Positions 1 through 8,425 of a stretch of 40,747 nucleotides of DNA are shown here, piece after piece. The notes under the pieces were generated by a model that was not told the DNA's origin, did not search any database, and was given only the letters and a program-made list of their open reading frames with translations. The DNA lies in the NCBI GenBank assembly GCA_023229725.1, contig JALNYR010000003.1, positions 1 through 40,747 of the forward strand, written 5' to 3'. The stretch is from Dehalococcoidia bacterium. Lineage in GTDB: Bacteria; Chloroflexota; Dehalococcoidia; GIF9; AB-539-J10. Both the position numbers and the translations under genes were made by a program. Every line of letters begins with the position of its first letter. Position 1 is the stretch's first letter.

Positions 1-126
1 GCCGGCTGCGTGCCGTTTCCCGTCAACCGTCTTCGCCTTGAGGAGTTCGATCTTCATGCTCCTCCTTCAACCGGGATACGGCCCCGCCCCGAGAGACGGG
101 GCCGCCCTGGTTCCTAGTCTCCTACC
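1..126. repeat. Terminal direct repeat copy 1 (assembly circularity overlap)
   Basis: 1-126 is identical to 40616-40741 and cuts through the 76-aa gene. Confidence 0.97.
79..104 (-). terminator. GC-rich hairpin after the 531-aa gene (possible terminator or stabiliser; no U-tract)
   Basis: Minus strand CGGCCCCGTC-tctcgg-GGCGGGGCCG directly after the stop at 114. Confidence 0.45.
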
Positions 127-1709
127 GTTCCCATGCGCCAGTACACGTTCACGAGCGCCGAGCCGGTCGTTGCGTCAGAGTTCTGATCCACGTACAGACA
201 GGTGATCGTGCGATCCGCGCCACCAACACTGCCCAGCGCGGAGAACACAACGCCCGACGTGATGTAGCCCGCAGTCGAAAGGTCAAGGTCGTTCGCGTAC
301 CCGTCCGCCGCCCCGCCACTGATCCCGATGTCGAGCGTGTCCGTGCCGCCGCCGTTGAACAGCGTCGTCACAACGACCTCGAGATCCATCACGTAGGCGT
401 TCGCCGGAACGATTCCAACGGTCTGAGATGCCGTCTGCCCGTAGTCCAGCTTGAACGTCGTGCAGAACACCATGCCCTCGTTCGTCGCCGTACCCGCCGC
501 TGTCGCTACCGTTGCGAGATCCGCGCTGTACGCCAGCACGTCACTGCCCACAGCAACTCCAAGCAGAGTCCGCATCGTAGAGTAGTCAGCCGCTGCGGAG
601 AATGACTGGACGTTGACGCTTGGTGAGATCCCTGCCCACGTCGTGAGGTTGGCATCGTAGGCTTGTACGTCCGCCCCGATCTCGAGGTTGACCGTCGCCT
701 TGAACGTGGCCTCGTTCGCGTCGTCCAAGATCGACTGCGCGAACACCGTGCAGGAAGCCATAGCGATGGTGCCTGCCCCAGTGCCGAGAATGATCTGGTC
801 GTCAGCGAATGTCAGTCCCGCTAGAGCAGCAAGCTCAGCGTCGTACGCTTGGACATCGACGCCGATCGCATAGCCAGTGATGGACCCCGCCGTGAGAGAC
901 CCGTCGATCTGTAGGTTTCCGCTCTCATCGAACGAAGCGACTTCAGTATTCAGGCCGTCCTCGTACAAGGACATCTTGTAGTCAGCAGCGCCCGTGACCT
1001 CAACACGCCAGCCCATGTCGATCTCTTCCGTCGTGTCGTGGTCGTACCCGACGAGGTCAATCCACGGGGAGTTGCGGTCCGCTGCCGCCGTCACCTGCGA
1101 CAGGACGAAGTTCCCGTTGCTGATCTTGAATGCCTCGTCACCCGCGGCCACTGTCAGGTCAAGGAACTCGGTGTCACCCCAGACGAGCGTCTTGCCCGCA
1201 GTGTCCGAGTAGAACGTCGTATCGAACGAGACTCCGCTCGTGCCGACGGTGACCGCTCCGGCCTCCATCTGGACCGCGCCACTCAGCTTGACGTTCGTCT
1301 CCTGAATCAGGAGCTCGGTGGCAGATCCCGTGTTGTCCAGCGTCGCGCCGTTGTCGAGAACGACCGTCGAACCGTCAATCAGGAAGCTCCCGAAGGTGAA
1401 CGTCGTTGCGCCCGCGGTTGTCCACGACAGGTTCTTCGTTGACCCCGTGTGCGTGATTGCGACGTTTCCCGTGGTGTCCGACACCGCGACGTTCATCCGT
1501 GCGCCTGCGTCATACCCGAGATAGATCGTCGGCGTGTAGACCGCAAAGGACGTTGACGGGGAGAACTCGATCGTCGTGCCTGTGAAGCCGATCGTCCCTG
1601 TGAACGTCGCCGTGCCGCCTACGTTGATCGAATCGAAGATGTCCGTCCGCGCCGCGCCGATGAACCCGACGAGGGAGACAATCACCAACGCCATTAGTGC
1701 TCTCTTCAT
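114..1709 (-). CDS. Putative head fibre/decoration-like protein with signal-peptide-like N-terminus
   Basis: SD AAGGAGG before ATG 1709. Hydrophobic MKRALMALVIVSLVGFIGAA start, three (I/V)G-x-DV(Q/L)AY repeats, and a C-terminal beta domain paralogous to the 137-aa neighbour. Lies downstream of the capsid gene. Confidence 0.6.
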   Translation of the reverse strand: MKRALMALVIVSLVGFIGAARTDIFDSINVGGTATFTGTIGFTGTTIEFSPSTSFAVYTPTIYLGYDAGARMNVAVSDTTGNVAITHTGSTKNLSWTTAGATTFTFGSFLIDGSTVVLDNGATLDNTGSATELLIQETNVKLSGAVQMEAGAVTVGTSGVSFDTTFYSDTAGKTLVWGDTEFLDLTVAAGDEAFKISNGNFVLSQVTAAADRNSPWIDLVGYDHDTTEEIDMGWRVEVTGAADYKMSLYEDGLNTEVASFDESGNLQIDGSLTAGSITGYAIGVDVQAYDAELAALAGLTFADDQIILGTGAGTIAMASCTVFAQSILDDANEATFKATVNLEIGADVQAYDANLTTWAGISPSVNVQSFSAAADYSTMRTLLGVAVGSDVLAYSADLATVATAAGTATNEGMVFCTTFKLDYGQTASQTVGIVPANAYVMDLEVVVTTLFNGGGTDTLDIGISGGAADGYANDLDLSTAGYITSGVVFSALGSVGGADRTITCLYVDQNSDATTGSALVNVYWRMGTVGD

Positions 1710-1719
1710 CGCTCCCTCC

Positions 1720-2133
1720 TTACGGGTGCTCAAACGTCACGTACGCCACGGCCTTGCCCGTCGTCGGCGCGGTTCCCGTGTAGGCGTACCGCGCGTAGAC
1801 GATGGTGTCTTCCGTCGGCTGGTAGTCGAGAAGGTTGCCAATCGTCTCGCTATCCGCCACGTCTGGATTTCCCGCCGCCAACAAGTAGTCCGTGTCCGAA
1901 GCAATGCCCACCGTGAGGGTATTCGTCGTGCCGGCATTGAAGGCCGTCAAGATGTTGACCTTTGCCTCGACGAAGCGTCCCCCTGCCGGAATGGTCCCCA
2001 GGGCGACCGAAGCCACCCCGGAGACCGCATCCGAGAAGAGAACCTCACCGGAGAGCACGCCCTGCGTAGCTTTCGCGTAGGTGGTATTGCGCCCACCATC
2101 GCGCAAGTCTCTTGATCGCAGTCGATCGCTCAT
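1720..2133 (-). CDS. Putative capsid decoration/structural protein (137 aa, beta-rich)
   Basis: Post-capsid position; LGTIPAG...TAFNAGTTNTLTVG...TTGKA pattern shared with the C-terminus of the 531-aa protein. Confidence 0.6.
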   Translation of the reverse strand: MSDRLRSRDLRDGGRNTTYAKATQGVLSGEVLFSDAVSGVASVALGTIPAGGRFVEAKVNILTAFNAGTTNTLTVGIASDTDYLLAAGNPDVADSETIGNLLDYQPTEDTIVYARYAYTGTAPTTGKAVAYVTFEHP

Positions 2134-2143
2134 CCGTCACCCC

Positions 2144-2905
2144 CTATTCCGAATCGTCGTACGCCGCCACCGACTGCCCAACAACCGAGTACCGCGGCAG
2201 CGACCGAAGCAACGAGCACGCAAGCTCGACGTTCGTGTCAACGCTCGAGACCCGCGCGCCCGCGTGCGTGAATCCGCTCGTCAACTCGTCGGCCAGCACG
2301 GCGAAGTACGCCTGCTGCTCGAGATCGACGACCACGAGACGGGCAACCGCCGCCGCGAGTTCCGTGATGTCGAACACACCATCGCCCGGCACCGTGATCG
2401 ACAGCGTCACGACAGCATCAACCGCCGCTGCGGTCATGCCGGAGACGCCGTAGGTCGCGTGGTTGATGCACGCCGCAAGCGACGTTGCGCACGCTGCATC
2501 GGTCGATGCCTGGTTGAACTGGCGATTCGTCAGCGACTCAGCAGCCGCCGCGGTGAACGTGAGCGCCGTCTGTGCGACAAGCTCACCGTGCTCGAGCTTG
2601 TACATCGTGATGATGACCGTGTCGCTCACGCTGACCGACGCGCAGGTGATCTGGCACTTGTTGATCTTCGTGCCCTGCGAGAGGGTGACGTTGGCCCCAA
2701 GCTGCGCGGCCCCAGTTCCGTCCTTGTCCGTCGCCTCGTACACCGCGAAGATGAGGGACTGTCCGTCCGTCATTCCCGACGCCATGAGGTGATAGACCCC
2801 CTGGCGATACTTGTCATACGGGAAGTAGACGCCCGTCTGGCTCGTCGCGTTCGTCATCGGGTAGAGCCCGGTATCGAGCTTCACCCCTTCGTGCAGTTTC
2901 TGCAT
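2144..2905 (-). CDS. Putative capsid decoration/cement protein with inserted domain (253 aa)
   Basis: SD AAAGGAG; immediately follows the major capsid gene. Confidence 0.6.
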   Translation of the reverse strand: MQKLHEGVKLDTGLYPMTNATSQTGVYFPYDKYRQGVYHLMASGMTDGQSLIFAVYEATDKDGTGAAQLGANVTLSQGTKINKCQITCASVSVSDTVIITMYKLEHGELVAQTALTFTAAAAESLTNRQFNQASTDAACATSLAACINHATYGVSGMTAAAVDAVVTLSITVPGDGVFDITELAAAVARLVVVDLEQQAYFAVLADELTSGFTHAGARVSSVDTNVELACSLLRSLPRYSVVGQSVAAYDDSE

Positions 2906-2946
2906 CGCGTTCTCCTTTGCGGACTGAGTCCGCTATTCAGACTTCG

Positions 2947-4293
2947 CTACGCATTCAGGACAATGAACGGCGAGACTTCGGTCGTGCCATCCTGAAGCTT
3001 CAACGTGCTCTGGAGCCACGGCTGCCCGTCGATCGAGAAGACGCCCTTGATCGAGCGCATGTTCGTCGAGAAGTTCGTACCCGACAGGCCCATGTCATCC
3101 GTGATCTTGAGCGGCGCGCCGTTGCGGAGCAGGTAGTACGAGAGGTCCACCAGCGCGAAGTCGCCGACCGATCCGAGCGCGGCCATGAACTCCGAGTAGA
3201 TGACGGGGAGGCCAAGCAGCGACTGCGGCTCGCCCTCGCGTCCGTTCATCTGCCACACGAGCTGGCCGGCACCGTCCGTCATGGACATCAGTTGCGCCTT
3301 GCAGAGCGGGTGAGCAACCCAGACGTAGTTGCCGCCGCTCGGGAGGATCCGCGTCATCATGTTGACGCAGTCCATGTAGTTGATCTCGCTCGTGGTCGCG
3401 CGCGTCACAAGGTAGCGCGCGGCGCAGGTGCGCCAGCCAAGCGGAGTCGTCACGCCGCCGCCCGAGACGATCGTGTTCTCGACGTAGGACGTCACCGAAT
3501 CGCGGAGCAGCCCCGTCACGAACGCGCCAAGCGCCGGAGCGTTGCGGAGCAGCTTCTCGGTGATCGACGGCAGGATGGCCCCGAACTCCAGCGCCTTCAG
3601 CGTGATCTGCTTGAACTTGATCCCGGCGTTGGTCGTGACCGTGCCGCCCTCGGACATCGGGTAGACGGTGACGCCGGAGTACAGGCCCTTCGTTCCCGTC
3701 TGATCGAGTGCGGGAATGGAGATCTCGGCGTCCGGGGCATCGCCCGCAGGAATCTGCCGGCAGCGCGTCTGCAACAGCGTGAGCGGGTAGGCGATCTTGA
3801 AGATCTCGCCAGCCCACTGTTGCGGCGCTACAAGGAATCCTCCAGCAGCACCGGTCGCCATGTTCAGCGTGCGCGCTGCGCCCTCCTGAAGCTTGACGAG
3901 GCGTGCATCGACCGGCTTCCCACGATCTCTGGTCGCGTCCGAGACAGCCGCAACAAACTCGCCGAAACCGCGCGTTCCCTCGCTGAATCCGCAGAGGTCT
4001 TCCTTCGTGGCCGTCGCAGGCACCGACGGGGCAGCCGTCTTGCGCAGTTCATCAAGTAGCTTCGCCTCGAGCGCGCGGACCTTGGCCTCCGTCTCTTCCT
4101 TCAGGCCGGTGAGGTCCTTGCCGAACTGCTCCGTCATCCGCTGCTTGTAGCCCTCGACGTTGTCTGCCAGCGCCTTGACCTGCACGCCAAGGCCCTCCAG
4201 AGCCCGCGTCCCTTCGTCCGCTACCGGGGCGGGAGCCCCACCCTCCGCGCCATCCGGCGCGCGATAGAATCCCAGCTTTTCCTGCATGGTCAT
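2947..4293 (-). CDS. Major capsid protein, HK97 family
   Basis: Coiled-coil delta-domain N-terminus, TGAAGGFLVAP, ITEKLLRNA, LLGLPVIYSEFM and VSPFIVL motifs; follows the prohead protease. Confidence 0.93.
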   Translation of the reverse strand: MTMQEKLGFYRAPDGAEGGAPAPVADEGTRALEGLGVQVKALADNVEGYKQRMTEQFGKDLTGLKEETEAKVRALEAKLLDELRKTAAPSVPATATKEDLCGFSEGTRGFGEFVAAVSDATRDRGKPVDARLVKLQEGAARTLNMATGAAGGFLVAPQQWAGEIFKIAYPLTLLQTRCRQIPAGDAPDAEISIPALDQTGTKGLYSGVTVYPMSEGGTVTTNAGIKFKQITLKALEFGAILPSITEKLLRNAPALGAFVTGLLRDSVTSYVENTIVSGGGVTTPLGWRTCAARYLVTRATTSEINYMDCVNMMTRILPSGGNYVWVAHPLCKAQLMSMTDGAGQLVWQMNGREGEPQSLLGLPVIYSEFMAALGSVGDFALVDLSYYLLRNGAPLKITDDMGLSGTNFSTNMRSIKGVFSIDGQPWLQSTLKLQDGTTEVSPFIVLNA

Positions 4294-4967
4294 GCTCCTT
4301 TCGTCAGCGCCCGATCCAGGCGCTCGAGTTCCGTTGCGAGCGTTCGCAGGTGGTCTCCCGACGTGCGGGCGCGCGGCTTGTTGCCAAGTGCACGCTCAAG
4401 GCGCTCAATCCCGTCCGTAAGCTCGCGCGGAAGAGTGACGATGCGGCTCTCGCGCGTAGCTCTCGCCTTCACTTCATCCAACTGTTCCTGCATCTCTGTT
4501 CGTACCGAATCAATCGACGCTTCCGGGTTCGAGGCGAAGTTCATCGTCACCGGAGAGATCTCGATGAGACGGACCTCCGTGAAGTGAACCACCTTGCGCC
4601 CGTCTGTTTCGACGATCTTCTGTCTCACGGGCTGGAATCGGTGGCTCATCTGCGTGATGTACTGCTTCTTCATCCCGCTGTGAACTTCACGCCCACGCTG
4701 AACGTCAAGGTCGAGATCTCCCGCCTCGACGAACGGTCCGCGCTCTTGCTCTTGCAGACGCGCCAGGCCGATCGGTTCCTCCGGTCGGTGCATCCACACG
4801 ATTGGGAAGCCCTTCTTGACGTGATCCTTGAGCGTTTTCCTGAAGGAACCGGCGTCGAATACAGACTCGTACGTATCCTCGACGCCATAGACCGACGGGA
4901 ACCCGGTAAACCTGCCGGGCACGTCGTCCTCTGCGATGTCAAACGCCCGTACGTACGTATCGTTCAT
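4290..4967 (-). CDS. HK97-type prohead maturation protease
   Basis: FTGFPSVYGVED, GSFRKTL, WMH..PIG, QMSHRF and LIEISPVTMNFASNPEA motifs; ATGA overlap with the portal stop. Confidence 0.9.
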   Translation of the reverse strand: MNDTYVRAFDIAEDDVPGRFTGFPSVYGVEDTYESVFDAGSFRKTLKDHVKKGFPIVWMHRPEEPIGLARLQEQERGPFVEAGDLDLDVQRGREVHSGMKKQYITQMSHRFQPVRQKIVETDGRKVVHFTEVRLIEISPVTMNFASNPEASIDSVRTEMQEQLDEVKARATRESRIVTLPRELTDGIERLERALGNKPRARTSGDHLRTLATELERLDRALTKGA

Positions 4968-7018
4968 GGTTTCTCCGTGTGGTAGATCTCGTTGCATCGG
5001 CAGTTGATGATCTCCCCGGCGTCCCCATCTGGATCGCCTGGGGCCATCAGCCCGTTCGAGTACGGCTCATCCATCGGTCTGACCTCGCCGTTCATCGCCG
5101 CGTGGCTGTCGCGCGTGCGTGCGTCAAGCGACGAGACCCACTCCTTGAAGAGCAGGACTCCGCTCTGCGCCGCTGCCTCGTGCTGCGCGAATCCGGCGAG
5201 CGAGTGAACCTCAGTCCGCGCGATCGTGAACGCCCGCGAGGTATCGAACGCTACACCGCTCTCTCCGTACCACTCGCGATACTTACCTTTGAGGGAGCGT
5301 GCGATGTCATCTGTCGGGACGTTCTCTTGCAGCCCCGCGGCGACGATCTTCCGCACCTCGCGCTTCGTCGAATCGAATACCGCCGTAATCTGCTCGGCGA
5401 CGTACTTCGACAGGAAGCGCAGGATGTTCGGCGCGCCGACGTTGAAGCGGACACTGCGCTCTGGAATCGGCTTGTCTACTGCATCCCCGAAGTGCTCAAT
5501 CACGCTCAGGGAGACGGCCTTGATCGCGCGCTCGTACGCCACGCGCCCCTCGTCGATCTCGCTGTCCAGGTCAAGCTTCCCCTTCGTGAACGCGGCAAGG
5601 ACTCGCTTCTCTTCGTCTTGGAACAGCTCGCGGACACGCGCGGCGATGGCTCGCTCAAACGCCTTCTTCTCTCCATCCTTCGCGCGCCAGAATGCACCGA
5701 TGGCGTTCTTGTCCGAGAGGTTCACCATGCGCGAGCGGCCACCGATGCTGACGCTTTCCCCGTCCGTGTCGAACACCGAATCAGACCCAAGAGGAATCAT
5801 GGTGGCCTGGATGTACGCCTGCTCGCTGACATCCTCCGCTGAGAAGCCAAGGCCAAGGCGCTCGTTGATCGCACGCGGCGAGATATGCAGATTCGTTGCG
5901 AAGATCCGCGCCGTCTCCGCGGCAGACTTGATCGCTTCCACTACAGCCGGCGTGCGCGAGAGGTCAAAGTCGAGATAGCTGCCGTCGGACAGGCCAAGCC
6001 GCGGCACGAATTGCATATTCCAGGTATCGCGCGTGTCTCGCAATCGCGGAATGGTGACCGTGTTCCACAGGAAGACCTCAGCCGCACGCTTGTTCTCGTA
6101 CGTCGTATCCTTCAGCCCAATCAAGCACGGGTCTACCTCGCACGCGGCGCAGATCGCATCGTTCGACAGGCCGAGCGACTGAATGAAGTCCACCTCTGCT
6201 GGCGTCAGCATGAACGGCTGGAACTTGAGAGTCGAACGCGCAATGAGGAGCTTGCCGACGTTCTCCGCGCCCGCCTTGTTCGCGGCGATGTCCGCCTTGA
6301 GGGCATCGTACACGTCCTTGCCCATGTCGCCAGAGAGGAGCCCGGACGGGCGCACGACCTGTTGCATGGACTTTGCCTGCGCGGTCTGCACGGCGTTGCC
6401 GGTATCGACCGCTTTCCCCGCGGCGCGAATCGTCCCGAGCCCGTAGACCTCCGAGCCGATGTCTACCTGCTGGATGTGGACTACCTCATCCTGCGCGTAC
6501 ACAGTCTCCTGCCCGCCGACGAGGTACGTGTACGACCGTCCGAGGAGAGACGTAGCTTGAATCAGGATGTTCTCTACGCGCAACGGCCATACAGCATCGC
6601 CGCCTGCATTCGAGTGGTAGAGCACGTAATCGCCCGCGGTGTCTGCGTAGAGCGAGTCGAGATAGAGGATCTTCGTCCATGTCTGGTAGGGATTCGGGGA
6701 GTGAAGGAACTTCACGAGTCGGTGGTTCGGATCCGTGACGGTCTCGACATCACCGCCGTGGCCCGGCCTACGCACGACCCACGGCACGCTCGAGAACATG
6801 CGAGCCTTGAGGGTGAACGCGCGCCACACTACCCAGTGCGAACGCAGCCCCTCGTTGATGGCGGTTTGCACGCTCCAGTCACGCCAGGGCTGCGAGGACT
6901 GCATCCAGTCCGGAATGACCGTCGCCTTCTCGGCTGGCCGGCGAAGCGTAGATGCGACGGCACGAGCAAAGCCGTCTTCCAACGCCGTTGCGATGAACCC
7001 CCTCATCGTTGAGGCCAC
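4964..7018 (-). CDS. Portal protein fused to a C-terminal MuF/SPP1 gp7-like minor head domain
   Basis: HK97-type portal N-terminus (FLHSPNPYQT, GDYVLY, WPLR, YGLG, PSGLL) and RAFTIARTE...KEWVSSLDARTRDSH...INCRC at the C-terminus. Start codon uncertain because there is no SD. Confidence 0.88.
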   Translation of the reverse strand: MASTMRGFIATALEDGFARAVASTLRRPAEKATVIPDWMQSSQPWRDWSVQTAINEGLRSHWVVWRAFTLKARMFSSVPWVVRRPGHGGDVETVTDPNHRLVKFLHSPNPYQTWTKILYLDSLYADTAGDYVLYHSNAGGDAVWPLRVENILIQATSLLGRSYTYLVGGQETVYAQDEVVHIQQVDIGSEVYGLGTIRAAGKAVDTGNAVQTAQAKSMQQVVRPSGLLSGDMGKDVYDALKADIAANKAGAENVGKLLIARSTLKFQPFMLTPAEVDFIQSLGLSNDAICAACEVDPCLIGLKDTTYENKRAAEVFLWNTVTIPRLRDTRDTWNMQFVPRLGLSDGSYLDFDLSRTPAVVEAIKSAAETARIFATNLHISPRAINERLGLGFSAEDVSEQAYIQATMIPLGSDSVFDTDGESVSIGGRSRMVNLSDKNAIGAFWRAKDGEKKAFERAIAARVRELFQDEEKRVLAAFTKGKLDLDSEIDEGRVAYERAIKAVSLSVIEHFGDAVDKPIPERSVRFNVGAPNILRFLSKYVAEQITAVFDSTKREVRKIVAAGLQENVPTDDIARSLKGKYREWYGESGVAFDTSRAFTIARTEVHSLAGFAQHEAAAQSGVLLFKEWVSSLDARTRDSHAAMNGEVRPMDEPYSNGLMAPGDPDGDAGEIINCRCNEIYHTEKP

Positions 7019-7044
7019 GAGGGGAAACTACAAGAGAACGGGGT

Positions 7045-7075
7045 GAAAAGCTAGAGCGGCCCTTTCGAGCCGCCC
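7045..7075 (-). terminator. Intrinsic terminator-like hairpin
   Basis: Minus strand GGGCGGCTC-GAAA-GGGCCGCTC followed by TAGCTTTTC. Confidence 0.65.
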
Positions 7076-7438
7076 TGCTTGCTGTTGTGCCCAGGCGTCA
7101 GTCTGGGGCTGTCACTGTTTACGGAGATCCCGGGACCGCGGGAGTGGGCTCATAACCCGCGCCCCGGGCCTGTCTTTCGGGGTCTGCCACACACAGGAAG
7201 TCACGGATACAGCGCCGGGAATGCTCTCGACCGAGCTTCAACCCCCCACTGGGGATGCCTGATCCATAGATCCGGCCACGCCTATGGCGTTTTCCAGCCT
7301 CTCGTTCGCGCTTTCCTGGGTTAGTCCGTGTTTGCTTCGGCATGTTACTTCGTTCCCTTACTCAACAGGTCTCCAATTCCAAGGTGGGGCCGCTGTCTCT
7401 AGGTCGGTACATTGCGTCCACTTCACGACCCCACCCCC
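7054..7438 (-). ncRNA. Candidate large structured non-coding RNA (family not recognised)
   Basis: Fills a ~420-bp gap in a tightly packed genome. At least eight helices, long-range pairs and possible pseudoknots are readable by eye; G-U pairs favour the minus strand. Confidence 0.6.
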
Positions 7439-7442
7439 AACT

Positions 7443-7661
7443 CTAGCGCGAATGGCGCGCCCGCACGAAGTCCGTCTCGATGGCTTGCTCGATCACCGGG
7501 CGGATCTTGCCCTTCGGATGGACGTGCGCGCACGCCGAATAGCAGATCTCGTACGACTCGCGCAGGGACTTGCCGGGGTAGGCGCGCGACTTCTCGCCGT
7601 GGCTGTCCATCCGTGCGAGGTGCGCGGCCTCAAGGATCTTGCGAGCGTCACGTCCGGTCAT
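7443..7661 (-). CDS. Hypothetical protein (72 aa)
   Basis: ATGA-coupled to the upstream 57-aa ORF. Confidence 0.6.
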   Translation of the reverse strand: MTGRDARKILEAAHLARMDSHGEKSRAYPGKSLRESYEICYSACAHVHPKGKIRPVIEQAIETDFVRARHSR

Positions 7662-7831
7662 TTCCACACCCCGCTGTACAGGACGGGAAATCCCAGCAGC
7701 CTTCCCATGAAGGCGTAGCAGTGCGTCTTGCCTGTACTCATGTTGAAACGCGCCTTGTAGTCGAGGGGATACCCGCCACAGAGCATCCCGATGTCGATGA
7801 AGTAGACCTCAAAGTCACTTCCGCGCTTCAT
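7658..7831 (-). CDS. Hypothetical protein (57 aa, MKRGSDFEVYF...), absent from the ORF track
   Basis: Translated by hand; ATGA overlaps at both ends. Confidence 0.6.
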   Translation of the reverse strand: MKRGSDFEVYFIDIGMLCGGYPLDYKARFNMSTGKTHCYAFMGRLLGFPVLYSGVWK

Positions 7832-7992
7832 TCCCGACCAAGCTCCTTGCGCAACTCAGCGAGCGACACGGCGGCGGGGGATGGCTTTCCCGAGACCACT
7901 TGCCCCCGCGCCGCGCGCTTCCCCTCAGTGCCAGTTGACATCGGAGCCGATGATGGCACCGCCGGCACCGTACCCGTGAGAGGGCTCTTCAT
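7828..7992 (-). CDS. Hypothetical protein (54 aa, MKSPLTG...)
   Basis: ATGA overlaps at both ends; low-complexity sequence. Confidence 0.5.
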   Translation of the reverse strand: MKSPLTGTVPAVPSSAPMSTGTEGKRAARGQVVSGKPSPAAVSLAELRKELGRE

Positions 7993-8219
7993 AGCTTCTT
8001 CCCGCACTCGGGGCAATAGATCGGAGAGACCGGACCGAGACTAACGAATGACGCTGTAGTGCCACGCCAGACCTTTACACCTCGCCACTTCTCGCAGCAC
8101 TCCGAGACGGCCTCCTCGATGGTGATCGTGACGCGGTTTCCCGCCTTGAACGGAACTCCCCACACGGAGCCGTCATAGTTTGGGGTCGTCACGCCGAGCT
8201 CTTTATTTCGCCACGTCAT
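7989..8219 (-). CDS. Small protein with C-terminal CPxCG zinc-ribbon motif (76 aa)
   Basis: SD GAGGGGG; CC...YCPECGKKL. Confidence 0.7.
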   Translation of the reverse strand: MTWRNKELGVTTPNYDGSVWGVPFKAGNRVTITIEEAVSECCEKWRGVKVWRGTTASFVSLGPVSPIYCPECGKKL

Positions 8220-8380
8220 TTCTCCCCCTCGTGCCGTTCCACGTACTCGATGATCGCCTGCGTGACGATGTAGTTCACGGAGCGGTACTCGCGCTTGGCG
8301 ATGGCCGCGATGCGCTCAGGCAGGTTCTCGTCCTGGTACTTCGCTGCGATGTAGATGGACAGCTTCTCGGTCTGCTTCAT
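8216..8380 (-). CDS. Arc/CopG-like ribbon-helix-helix DNA-binding protein (54 aa), absent from the ORF track
   Basis: MKQTEKLSIYIAAKYQDENLPERIAAIAKREYRSVNYIVTQAIIEYVERHEGEK has the beta-strand KLSIYI and the Arc-like IAKREYRSVN signature. SD GGAGG and a promoter lie directly upstream. Confidence 0.82.
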   Translation of the reverse strand: MKQTEKLSIYIAAKYQDENLPERIAAIAKREYRSVNYIVTQAIIEYVERHEGEK

Positions 8381-8397
8381 CCCTGACCTCCGCGCTC

Positions 8398-8425
8398 AGT
8401 ATACGCACGAACGGAGACAAGTCAA
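8398..8425 (-). promoter_or_regulatory. Sigma70-type promoter of the RHH/ncRNA cassette
   Basis: TTGACT-16 nt-TATACT just after the terL stop. Confidence 0.7.

Noticed and set aside
7119-7343. 74-aa ORF MPKQTRT... inside the structured region
   Set aside because: Weak SD, not coupled to neighbours and Arg/Gly/Pro-rich. An RNA explains the stem density better, although a peptide is not excluded.
7054-7438. tRNA, tmRNA, RNase P, self-splicing intron or hammerhead identity for the structured region
   Set aside because: No T-loop/CCA, no GAGGAAAGUCC, no group II domain V, no group I P7 consensus and no CUGANGA core; it also interrupts no gene.
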